Program-made: the position numbers and the translations under genes
Origin: Candidatus Atelocyanobacterium thalassae
GTDB lineage: Bacteria > Cyanobacteriota > Cyanobacteriia > Cyanobacteriales > Microcystaceae
Length of the DNA stretch: 64,000 nucleotides
Assembly: GCA_051971635.1 (NCBI GenBank)
Contig: JBFPLN010000006.1
Coordinates: 1 to 64,000 of the forward strand
Direction: 5' to 3'
The notes under the pieces: generated by a model
Databases searched by the model: none
Seen by the model: the letters and a program-made list of their open reading frames with translations, nothing else
Told to the model about the DNA's origin: nothing
Shown here: one piece after another, positions 11,217 to 20,379 of the stretch
Layout: every line of letters starts with the position of its first letter
Numbering within the stretch: position 1 is the first letter of the stretch

Positions 11217-12314
11217 ATGAAAGAATATTCTCAGTTAATTATTAACTTATCATTACTATTATCAAAACCGACAGGAATAAGCAATTATGCTAGCAATATC
11301 TTTCCTTATTTAAAATCTTTAAAGCCAATATTATTAACTTCAAGAAAATACAAAGAGTTTAATAACTATTTAATTCCTAGTAATTTAACACCAGAACAAG
11401 GGACTATAGGTCATGTCCAACGTTTATTGTGGACACAATTTAAATTACCAAAAATTTATAAGAAACTTAATTCATCACTTTTATTTTCTCCAGCACCTGA
11501 AGTTCCTTTATGGAGTTCTTGTAGATCTATCGTCGTAGTACATGACTTAATACCATTGCGGTTTCCTAATAAGAAGTCACCACTATATCCCTATTTTAAA
11601 TTTTATATTCCTAAAGTTTTACAACAAGCAGAACATATTATTTGCAATTCTCAAGCAACTGCTAAAGATATTCATAAAATGTTAGATGTTCCTAGCAATA
11701 AAATCACCCCAATTTTACTTGCTTATGATGATAAGAATTTTCGTGTTTTAAGTTCGAATCAAATCAAAAATAAGTCTGAAATTCCTTATTTTCTATATCT
11801 AGGACGTCATGATCCTCATAAAAATGTTGCTAGTATATTAAGGGCTTTTTCTAAATTAAAAGATTGTAAAAACTATCAGATATGGTTAGTTGGTCCAACA
11901 GACAAAAGATATACTTCACAACTTCTTAATTTAGCTAGAGAATTAGATATTAGTGAACAATTAAAAATTCTTGATTATGTCTCATATGAAGAACTACCTT
12001 CATTATTAAACCAAGCGTTAGCCTTGGTATTTCCTTCTTTATGGGAAGGCTTTGGTTTTCCAGTTTTAGAAGCGATGGCTTGTGGAACTCCTGTTATTAC
12101 TTCGAATATTTCTTCTTTACCTGAAGTCGTAGGAGATGCTTCCATACTGATTAACCCTTATGTGGTTGAAGAAATTACTTCTGCGATGAAGGAAATTATT
12201 ACAGATAATAATTTAAGATCACAATTAAAAATATTGGGTCTCAAAAGAGCTAAAACATTTAGTTGGCAAAATACAGGAGAAAAAACCTTGGCAATCTTAG
12301 CAAATTTTTTGTAA
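11217..12314 (+). CDS. GT4 glycosyltransferase
   Basis: VHDLIP, HDPHKN, PSLWEGFGFPVLEAM, SSLPEV. Confidence 0.92.
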   Translation: MKEYSQLIINLSLLLSKPTGISNYASNIFPYLKSLKPILLTSRKYKEFNNYLIPSNLTPEQGTIGHVQRLLWTQFKLPKIYKKLNSSLLFSPAPEVPLWSSCRSIVVVHDLIPLRFPNKKSPLYPYFKFYIPKVLQQAEHIICNSQATAKDIHKMLDVPSNKITPILLAYDDKNFRVLSSNQIKNKSEIPYFLYLGRHDPHKNVASILRAFSKLKDCKNYQIWLVGPTDKRYTSQLLNLARELDISEQLKILDYVSYEELPSLLNQALALVFPSLWEGFGFPVLEAMACGTPVITSNISSLPEVVGDASILINPYVVEEITSAMKEIITDNNLRSQLKILGLKRAKTFSWQNTGEKTLAILANFL

Positions 12315-12351
12315 GCTACATCATGAGAATTAATTGGAGTTAAAAAATCAT

Positions 12352-13434
12352 ATGGAAATTGGTGTTCCTAAAGAAATTAAAGATCAAGAATTTCGTGTAG
12401 GGTTAAATCCTAGTAGTGTCAAAGTATTATGTAGTCAGGGACACCAAGTTTTTATAGAAACATCTGCAGGGGAAGGTTCTAGCTTTTCTGATAAAGATTA
12501 TGAAAAAGTGGGTGCTAAGATTTCCGATAGAAAATCAATATGGGATAAGGAATTAATAGTAAAAGTTAAAGAGCCTCTATTCGAGGAATACGAATATTTT
12601 AAAAATGATCAAATACTTTTTACTTATTTACATTTGGCAGCAAATAGACCCCTTACTGAAGCTCTTGTTAACTCAGGAATAACTGCCATAGCATATGAAA
12701 CAGTAGCTTTAGAAGACGGAAAGCTACCATTACTAACTCCCATGAGCATTATCGCTGGACGCCTATCAATACAAATTGGTGCAAGATATTTAGAGAAACA
12801 ACAAGGAGGGCGAGGAATTTTACTAGGTGGTATTCCCGGAGTATCTTCTGCTCAAGTAGTTATATTAGGAGGAGGTGTTGTAGGTTCAGAAGCAGCTCGT
12901 ATTGCTTTGGGAATGGGAGCTAAGGTACAACTTTTCGATATTAATGTTGAACGTTTAAGATACTTGGAAACAATTTTTGGCTCACGTGTAGAGCTGCTTC
13001 ATAGCAATATCTACGAGATAGAAAAAGCAATACCTAAAGCTGACTTGTTGATTGGTGCTGTATTAATTCCTGGAAGGCGTGCTCCTATTTTGGTTTCTAA
13101 TGCATTGGTATCTAAAATGAGTCCAGGATCAGTTATTATCGACGTAGCTGTTGATCAGGGAGGTTGTATTGAAACTTTGAAAACTACTTCGCACAGCTCA
13201 CCCATCTATCTAGAGCATGGAATAGTTCACTTTGGAGTTCCTAACATGCCTGGAGCTGTTCCTTGGACAGCTACGCAGGCATTAAATAATAGCACTTTAC
13301 CCTATATCTCAAAATTGGCTAACTATGGATTAGAAGCGCTAAAGAAAGATGTTAGTTTAGCAAAAGGTCTAAATGTCAAAAATAAATCTATAGTTTATCC
13401 AGCATTAAAAGAAATTTTTAATGATATTCATTGA
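12352..13434 (+). CDS. ald: Alanine dehydrogenase
   Basis: MEIGVPKEIKDQEFRV, FTYLHLAA, GGGVVG, DVAVDQGGC, NMPGAVP. Confidence 0.97.
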   Translation: MEIGVPKEIKDQEFRVGLNPSSVKVLCSQGHQVFIETSAGEGSSFSDKDYEKVGAKISDRKSIWDKELIVKVKEPLFEEYEYFKNDQILFTYLHLAANRPLTEALVNSGITAIAYETVALEDGKLPLLTPMSIIAGRLSIQIGARYLEKQQGGRGILLGGIPGVSSAQVVILGGGVVGSEAARIALGMGAKVQLFDINVERLRYLETIFGSRVELLHSNIYEIEKAIPKADLLIGAVLIPGRRAPILVSNALVSKMSPGSVIIDVAVDQGGCIETLKTTSHSSPIYLEHGIVHFGVPNMPGAVPWTATQALNNSTLPYISKLANYGLEALKKDVSLAKGLNVKNKSIVYPALKEIFNDIH

Positions 13435-13455
13435 GAACTATAATACTTTTTTATT

Positions 13456-15888
13456 TTAGATTAGATATGCTATCGTAACACCACTTCCTCCTTCGTTTTC
13501 AGGAGCTAATTTAAAGTCTTTCACTTGTGGATGAATTTTTAAAAATTCATGGACTCCTTGACGTAGTTTACCAGTGCCTTTTCCATGGATAACCCATAAC
13601 ATTCCAATCTTGGTAGCTTGAGCGATTGCTCCTTCTAAGCCTGCTTCTGCTTCAAATATTCTTTTTCCACGTATATCAAGGGTATTGCTATCTGTTCTAA
13701 TGTCATGTCGAACTTCAAGATTAATTGATTGGATATTTTTCTTCTGTTGTGATTGTTGTTTAGTCTTTAATGTGCTTACTTTTTTACCATCTAGTGATTC
13801 GATATCTGTAAACAATATTTTCATTGTCATCAATCCAAAACGAACAACAACTTCTTGGTTCTCATGTATAACATCTAGTACTTGGGCAGTTTGATCAAAT
13901 TTAATAATCTTAACTTTTTCTCCAATTTTAGGGCAGTAAGACAAAATATTATTTTTGGTTTGGGGGAGCTTCTCTCTAGAAATGTTTTTAATCTTTTCAG
14001 TAGCTTGCAACGCTTTTTGACTAGTCTTTTCTCCTTGTTGTAAGTGTCGAATTACTTGAGCAATCTCCTCTTTAGCCTTAGCAATAGCCTTTTTAATTTC
14101 TTTTTCTTGAAAATGTTTGAGGTCTTGTTCTCTTTCTTTTAAAAGAGCAGCTTTATTTGATACTTCTGTATAAAAACTTTTTGCTTGTTGCAACAATTCC
14201 TGTGCTTCGTTAGCTTTTAATTCCTGTTTTTTGCGTTGTTCTTCTAAACCTAAAATAACGTCATTAACGTCTTGCGATTGCTCTCCGATAATATTTCTTG
14301 CTGATTGGAGAATATTAACATCTAAACCAAGATTTTGAGCAATACTAAGAGCATTGGAACGTCCTGGAATACCCCACAATAGATGATAGGTTGGAGAAAA
14401 AGTTTTATCATTAAATTCTACTGAGGCGTTCTCAAATCTTGAATCTCGATATTTTAAAGCTTTAAGTTCCCCATAGTGTGTTGTTGCAATTGTTAATAGA
14501 GCATGACTTGCTAAATAATTTAGTAGTGAAATTGCTAAGGCACTACCTTCAGTAGGATCGGTCCCTGCTCCCACTTCGTCTAAGAGTACTAAGCTTGAAG
14601 AATGTTCATAATTGTTCAATATTTCTGGATTATTTAGTTCGGAAGTATTAGATACCACCTTAAGAATAAGAATAATGCGACGAATATGACTAGAAAAAGT
14701 AGATAAATTTTGTATTATGGATTGCTCATCTCCAATATCAGCTAATACATTTTTAAACCAAGGTAATTTAATAGGACTTTCTGCAGGAATTAATAAGCCC
14801 ACCTTAGCCATCAAAGCAACTAGTCCTAAAGTTTTTAGTGTAACTGTTTTACCTCCTGTATTTGGTCCGGTAATAGAAACTACATTGGTTTTAGAGTTAA
14901 TTTGAATATCTATAGGAATTACTGGTGATCCTTGCTCTTTTTTTTGCTGCCAAATCAATAGTGGATGATATAGTTTTCGAAGAACTATTGTTTCTCCTGC
15001 TTCAATAAACTGAGGAATGTTCCCCCCTAGCCATGAACTATAACGAGCTTTAGCTGTAGCTAAGTCTAGTTTTCCTACTGCTTCAATTAAATATTTCAAC
15101 GCTTCTGCTACTTCAGATATTTTTTCTGTTAGTTGTCTTAGAATAACTACTTCTTCTATCTTTTCTTGTCTTAGATACTGACAATACTTATTGCCAGTAT
15201 CTACAATAAAACTTGGTTCTATATAGACTGTCATACCAGTATTAGAAGTGTCATGAAGGATACCTGGTATCTGATCTTTCTGTAAGGTTTTTACAGGAAT
15301 AACAAAACGATTATTTCTTTGAGTAATAACGTTTTCTTGAATAGCCCCTGTTTTCCTATTTATAATACTTTGAAGTTTTTGATAGATCTCATTACGTAAT
15401 TCTCTAAGTAAAAACCTAATTTTACTTAACTTTGAACTAGCATGCTCAGCTATATCGCCATCTTCCTCGAGACAATAACGTATTGTCTGCTCTAATTCAG
15501 GATAAGTTTTAATATTGTTAACTAATTTTTTTAAATTTAATAACTGTGATTTTTCATAACCACTAATTATTTTTTTTAATCTTCTAGTCTTATCTAATGT
15601 AGTTGCAATACTTAATAGATTTTTTCCTGAAAGGTATCCACCTAAGGTAGCTATCTTTATAAAGTTTCTAACATCTACTATTCCTTCAAATATTAACTTT
15701 GCTTTAGGATCTTGTTCTAAATAATAAATTTCCTCAGTTTGGGATAATAGTTCTTGACTTTCTAGTAATAATTCAGGAATTACTAAGTTCTGAGCTGCAA
15801 CCACTCCCATTTCAGTCGTTGCAAAAGTAGCTAGATGCTCACATAAACGAGGCCATTCTAAGAGTTTTAAAGTTTCTTGGTGAATCAA
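13456..15888 (-). CDS. mutS2: Endonuclease MutS2
   Basis: GPNTGGKT, STFSSH, LLDEVGAGTDP, TTHY, C-terminal Smr domain IHGKGTG; probable TTG start 15888 (ORF extends to 15945). Confidence 0.96.
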   Translation of the reverse strand: MIHQETLKLLEWPRLCEHLATFATTEMGVVAAQNLVIPELLLESQELLSQTEEIYYLEQDPKAKLIFEGIVDVRNFIKIATLGGYLSGKNLLSIATTLDKTRRLKKIISGYEKSQLLNLKKLVNNIKTYPELEQTIRYCLEEDGDIAEHASSKLSKIRFLLRELRNEIYQKLQSIINRKTGAIQENVITQRNNRFVIPVKTLQKDQIPGILHDTSNTGMTVYIEPSFIVDTGNKYCQYLRQEKIEEVVILRQLTEKISEVAEALKYLIEAVGKLDLATAKARYSSWLGGNIPQFIEAGETIVLRKLYHPLLIWQQKKEQGSPVIPIDIQINSKTNVVSITGPNTGGKTVTLKTLGLVALMAKVGLLIPAESPIKLPWFKNVLADIGDEQSIIQNLSTFSSHIRRIILILKVVSNTSELNNPEILNNYEHSSSLVLLDEVGAGTDPTEGSALAISLLNYLASHALLTIATTHYGELKALKYRDSRFENASVEFNDKTFSPTYHLLWGIPGRSNALSIAQNLGLDVNILQSARNIIGEQSQDVNDVILGLEEQRKKQELKANEAQELLQQAKSFYTEVSNKAALLKEREQDLKHFQEKEIKKAIAKAKEEIAQVIRHLQQGEKTSQKALQATEKIKNISREKLPQTKNNILSYCPKIGEKVKIIKFDQTAQVLDVIHENQEVVVRFGLMTMKILFTDIESLDGKKVSTLKTKQQSQQKKNIQSINLEVRHDIRTDSNTLDIRGKRIFEAEAGLEGAIAQATKIGMLWVIHGKGTGKLRQGVHEFLKIHPQVKDFKLAPENEGGSGVTIAYLI

Positions 15889-16063
15889 TTCTAGATATTG
15901 TGATAAATGAATCCTAGTAACTATATTAGAACAATAATTAGCCATTAGGCCATATAAAAAGATTTTTTAATTCCTTAATACTTTATTTAGGTAATATCGT
16001 AACTATTATCTTATTTACAGTTAATCCAGAGAGCCACACTAATTATATTAATAGTGGCTATAC

Positions 16064-16114
16064 TAATATTAATATGGGAAAAGCCCTGTATAAGCTTTTC
16101 CCATATTAATATTA
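16064..16114. terminator. Perfect 21-bp inverted repeat downstream of tRNA-Glu
   Basis: TAATATTAATATGGGAAAAGC-9 nt-GCTTTTCCCATATTAATATTA. Confidence 0.7.
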
Positions 16115-16145
16115 AAATCTTCAAACACAAACATTATTATATTGA

Positions 16146-16218
16146 TACCCCCAAGGGAATTTGAATCCCTGTCGCCTCCGTGAAAGGGAGGTGTCCTAGG
16201 CCACTAGACGATGGGGGC
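16146..16218 (-). tRNA. trnE: tRNA-Glu(TTC)
   Basis: Reverse complement GCCCCCATCGTCTAGTGGCCTAGGACA CCTCC-CTTTCAC-GGAGG ...TTCAAATTCCCTTGGGGGTA. Confidence 0.96.
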
Positions 16219-16239
16219 TTGTGTATCAACCACCTAAAC

Positions 16240-16268
16240 ATAATAACAAGAGTTTTTAGAAGTGTCAA
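16240..16268 (-). promoter_or_regulatory. Sigma70-type promoter of tRNA-Glu
   Basis: Minus strand TTGACA (16268-16263), 17 nt, TATTAT (16245-16240), about 20 nt upstream of the tRNA. Confidence 0.7.
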
Positions 16269-16505
16269 CACTTAAATATTTTTTTCTTAATGCTGCAATG
16301 ATTTAATATATAAGAATTTGCTATTACTAAGTCGAAAGTACCATTTCGTTGATATTTTTACATTATTAATTTCTTAATTAAGACTTTGATAAATATATTT
16401 CTGCTAATATGGATTTAATTTTGAAGTGATAATTATCATACAATTATTAAATTTTTCATGAGAATAAATAACTAAATAATAGTAAAACAAATCGTAAGTT
16501 AATTT

Positions 16506-17429
16506 ATGTCTATATTTGATTGGTTTGCTAAACAAGAAAAATCGGGACCACCTATACAACAAGAACAACACAAAGAAAGAGAAATTGCTGATGGTTTATG
16601 GACAAAATGCGAAGCATGTGGTGCACTAACTTACGCAAAAGACCTCAAGGCCAATCAACTTGTATGCAAAGAGTGCGACTATCATTTTCGAATGAAAAGT
16701 TCAGAACGAATTACCCAGTTAATTGATAATAATACATGGAAACCATTATCTGAAATGCTTTCTCCTATAGATCCTTTGAAATTTTGTGATCGAAAACTCT
16801 ATAGCGAACGTATTAAAGATACCCAAAAGAAAACAGGATTAATAGATGCAGTTCAGACAGGGACTGGATTAATAGATGGCTCACCTATAGCATTAGGAGT
16901 TATGGACTTCCATTTTATGGGGGGTAGCATGGGGTCTGTTGTAGGAGAAAAATTATGCCGACTCATAGAACATGCTACAAAAAAGAGGTTTCCTGTAGTT
17001 ATTTTCTGTGCTTCTGGTGGAGCTAGGATGCAAGAAGGTATGCTAAGCCTAATGCAAATGGCTAAAATTTCTGGAGCTTTAGAAAGACATCGAAATGCAA
17101 AACTCCTTTATATTTCCGTTTTGACTCATCCCACAACAGGAGGAGTAACAGCAAGCTTTGCAATGTTAGGTGACATCATTCTTGCAGAACCTAATGCAAC
17201 AATTGGTTTTGCTGGTAGAAGAGTTATTGAACAGACTTTAAGAGAAAAATTACCTGATGGGTTCCAGACTTCTGAATATTTATTAAAACATGGATTTATA
17301 GATTCTATTATTTTTCGTACTCAACAGAAAAAAATACTATCTCAATTAATTACTATACATCAACCTTTTTTACCAGTACTTCCATTAACTAACACTAATA
17401 CTGATGATCGTCTAAATAATGAATTTTAA
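16506..17429 (+). CDS. accD: Acetyl-CoA carboxylase carboxyltransferase beta subunit
   Basis: CEAC...CKEC zinc finger, [30 protein letters not shown]. Confidence 0.98.
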   Translation: MSIFDWFAKQEKSGPPIQQEQHKEREIADGLWTKCEACGALTYAKDLKANQLVCKECDYHFRMKSSERITQLIDNNTWKPLSEMLSPIDPLKFCDRKLYSERIKDTQKKTGLIDAVQTGTGLIDGSPIALGVMDFHFMGGSMGSVVGEKLCRLIEHATKKRFPVVIFCASGGARMQEGMLSLMQMAKISGALERHRNAKLLYISVLTHPTTGGVTASFAMLGDIILAEPNATIGFAGRRVIEQTLREKLPDGFQTSEYLLKHGFIDSIIFRTQQKKILSQLITIHQPFLPVLPLTNTNTDDRLNNEF

Positions 17430-18182
17430 AATTAATAGATTTTCAATAGAATAATAACCTATTAGATAATAACCAAAACTACACTAGCTATAAAATCATC
17501 AATTAATATTTCTTTCGTAAAAGTTTTTCATAACGAAGTTGGTTTCTCAAAAAATACTATAACTTATTCACTTAATTACTTTTATTAAAGTTAAAGCGGT
17601 TTTTATTATATCTTTTGTAGATTATTCTTAAGTCCTTAGTAATTAATAATAATTACTTATGCTGGTTATCTTCGATTTTTATAACACGAGTTAAATACTA
17701 GTTGATTTTAAATTAATAAACTCTAGTCACATCCTGTAAAAATTTTCCTTGCCAAAGAAGAACAAAAACTTTTTAATCTATACTACATCTAGTCCTCAAC
17801 ACTTAATCCTCTAATAAAAAGTTTATGAATTAAGTATTATTAAACTTTATTTACTTTTTTAATTACTAGGCACGACAAGATGTAAGATAACAATATAAAT
17901 AAAAAATATTTGAAGGTTACAGAATATACATTTTTGTTATCTAAAAATAATTAATTATTTATATTGAAAACTCAAAAAGAAAAGCTAAGATATCTTACGT
18001 CAAAACTATTTAAGTAGAATACTGAGATGTTAATTCTTCATCTCATTCTCCTAGCTTACTTGTGAGATAAAACTTAAGTAGTAGTTACAGATTATTATTA
18101 CTAATGATAATTATTCTAATGGTTTTTATCATAGAGAATGAAAGATATCGATTTTGTTAGGAGATCTCGGAAATAATCATTG

Positions 18183-20168
18183 ATGAGCAGGTCAAAATCG
18201 GTTTTAACAAAACTGTTACACATTTTTCCTCAGTTGCAGCCTCAAATGTACTTTAAGGCTTCTTTAACTGCTTTGTCTCATGCCATGGAAGATCAGGTAC
18301 TTGCAGGAACAGAGCAACCGCTGGTTATTGCTAGTTTTCAAAGAGAACGTTTCTATAGCCAAGAAGCTCAACGATATAGGCGTATTGCGAACAAAACCGA
18401 TCAAGTATATGTTTTGGCCGCTCCAGAAACTGAATTTAAAAATAGTTCCCAGGATTATGAAACAATTGCTTTTCAATCAACAGATACTTTAAGCAAGGAA
18501 TGGCATCTGATTGTTATAGGTATAGGCTATGTTAGTTGTCTAATTTGTCAAGAAAAAGTCATACTAAGCAATCAGACTATAACCTCAGTTGTTGATAATA
18601 ATCGACGCTTTGAAGGAATATGGACCTTTAATCGTGAAGTAGCTCAACAGGCAGCTGACATTCTTCTAAAAATAATTGTTAATTATTGTCCAGAGCTAAG
18701 ACATAAAATCCAACAAGCACGTCAGAAGTATCTACCTCCTAAGGTTCTGAATCAAATAGTGGTTCAACAGAACACTATAGGCAATACAATCCATAACATA
18801 GAAAATAAAAATCCTGATCCATTTGTACAGAGATTAGTTACTTACCTACAAGCTGGTCACTATAAGCTAATTAAGGCTAATCGTTCATTAGCCGCAAAAG
18901 AACATAAGGAAAGATTAATTAATTCTATTACTACTGCTATTCGTCTATCTCTTAACCCTGATGAGATTTTGCAAATTGCTGTTCAAAAACTAGGACAGGG
19001 ACTAGGAATTTGTAGATGCTTAGTTTATCGTTGTAAGGAAACTGATTTTAAAGCTACTGTTGAGCATGAATTCCTTAATCAAGATATTCCATCAATTAAA
19101 GAGCAAACCTGGTTTCTTCATGACAATCCTTTATTTCAAGAAGTAATTAAATTAAGAGAGGCTTTAACTATTGATAATGCTACCAATGATCCTCGTATTA
19201 TTAATAGTTACAGGGGAAAAGAGAAATCTCTACAAACTCTTGTAAAAAATTGCTCAATTTTATCTTGGATGTTAGCTCCTATCTTATATCGAGGTCAATT
19301 GTTAGGCATGCTGGAGCTTCATCATTGTGGACCTAAACCTATCTCTTGGAAAGAGGAAGATGTTGCTTTTATCAATGCTATTACTACACAAATTGGTGTT
19401 ACTTTAATTCAGGCGGAGGCCTACGCTCATCTTCAAGATCTTAATGAACAACTTGAGGCACTAGATTATACTCGTTCTAACTTAGTAGCTATCACAGGTC
19501 ACGAGCTTCGTACTCCATTGTCAACAATTCAAGTTTGTTTAGAAAGTTTAACGCTAGAACCTGATATGTCCCCAGATTTACGTCAGGTTATGTTAAATAC
19601 TGCTTTGCAAGATGCTGAAAGAATGAGAAAGTTAATACAAGATTTTTTGATTTTATCTAGATTGGAAAGCGGACGAGTTGAATGGAATACAGAGGTGTTA
19701 AATCTACATGAATGCCTAGAATTATCACTTAGTAATATTAAAGCTCGCTATAGGAAAAAGAAAATTCCTCTGATTGAGAATACAAGTTTTTTAGATCATG
19801 AATTACCTTTAATACAAGCAGATGGAGAGTGGTTAGTAGAAGTCCTAGCAAAGTTACTAGATAATGCATGCAAGTTTACTGGCAAAGAAGGGAAAATAAC
19901 TATAGTGGTTAATCAGAATGATCTCCACTATTTAGAAGTTACGATAGCTGATACCGGAAGAGGTATTGAACCGAAACGGTTAGAAACGGTATTTGATAGA
20001 TTTTATCAAGAAGAAGGAGCCTTAAGACGTAGTATAGGTGGAACAGGCCTGGGATTGGCTATTTGTCGTCTAATAGTACAAGGCTGGGGTGGAAGAATCT
20101 GGGCTGAATCTAAAGGCAAAGAATATGGTAGTGAGTTCCACTTTACGGTCCCTATATATTCACTATAG
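18183..20168 (+). CDS. DICT-GAF sensor histidine kinase
   Basis: YFKASLTALSHAMED/FQRERFY DICT region, GAF, HELRTPL H-box, DNACKFT, DTGRGI, GTGLGL. Confidence 0.92.
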   Translation: MSRSKSVLTKLLHIFPQLQPQMYFKASLTALSHAMEDQVLAGTEQPLVIASFQRERFYSQEAQRYRRIANKTDQVYVLAAPETEFKNSSQDYETIAFQSTDTLSKEWHLIVIGIGYVSCLICQEKVILSNQTITSVVDNNRRFEGIWTFNREVAQQAADILLKIIVNYCPELRHKIQQARQKYLPPKVLNQIVVQQNTIGNTIHNIENKNPDPFVQRLVTYLQAGHYKLIKANRSLAAKEHKERLINSITTAIRLSLNPDEILQIAVQKLGQGLGICRCLVYRCKETDFKATVEHEFLNQDIPSIKEQTWFLHDNPLFQEVIKLREALTIDNATNDPRIINSYRGKEKSLQTLVKNCSILSWMLAPILYRGQLLGMLELHHCGPKPISWKEEDVAFINAITTQIGVTLIQAEAYAHLQDLNEQLEALDYTRSNLVAITGHELRTPLSTIQVCLESLTLEPDMSPDLRQVMLNTALQDAERMRKLIQDFLILSRLESGRVEWNTEVLNLHECLELSLSNIKARYRKKKIPLIENTSFLDHELPLIQADGEWLVEVLAKLLDNACKFTGKEGKITIVVNQNDLHYLEVTIADTGRGIEPKRLETVFDRFYQEEGALRRSIGGTGLGLAICRLIVQGWGGRIWAESKGKEYGSEFHFTVPIYSL

Positions 20169-20219
20169 CCTTATGAGACTAACACACATAATTATTAAAT
20201 ATAATTAACTGTTTAAAAC

Positions 20220-20248
20220 TTGAATTATAAAAAAAAGTATGTTAAGAT
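20220..20248 (+). promoter_or_regulatory. Probable sigma70 promoter of tRNA-Leu
   Basis: TTGAAT-17 nt-TAAGAT with extended TG, 16 nt upstream of tRNA. Confidence 0.55.
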
Positions 20249-20264
20249 TATGTTTGATATAAAA

Positions 20265-20345
20265 GCGGACGTGGCGGAATTGGTAGACGCGCTAGATTTA
20301 GGTTCTAGTGTCTTTGGCGTGAGAGTTCGAGTCTCTCCGTCCGCA
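20265..20345 (+). tRNA. trnL: tRNA-Leu(TAG)
   Basis: GCGGACG/CGTCCGC acceptor, CTAGA-TTTAGGT-TCTAG anticodon arm, variable arm, GTTCGAGTC. Confidence 0.96.
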
Positions 20346-20379
20346 TAAGAGTTAAAGCATGGTTAGAAGCTATAAGTAA

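Noticed and set aside
20265..20345. Group I intron or integrated element at tRNA genes
   Set aside because: All tRNAs are uninterrupted (this Leu is TAG, not the intron-bearing TAA); no integrase or duplicated tRNA 3' end seen
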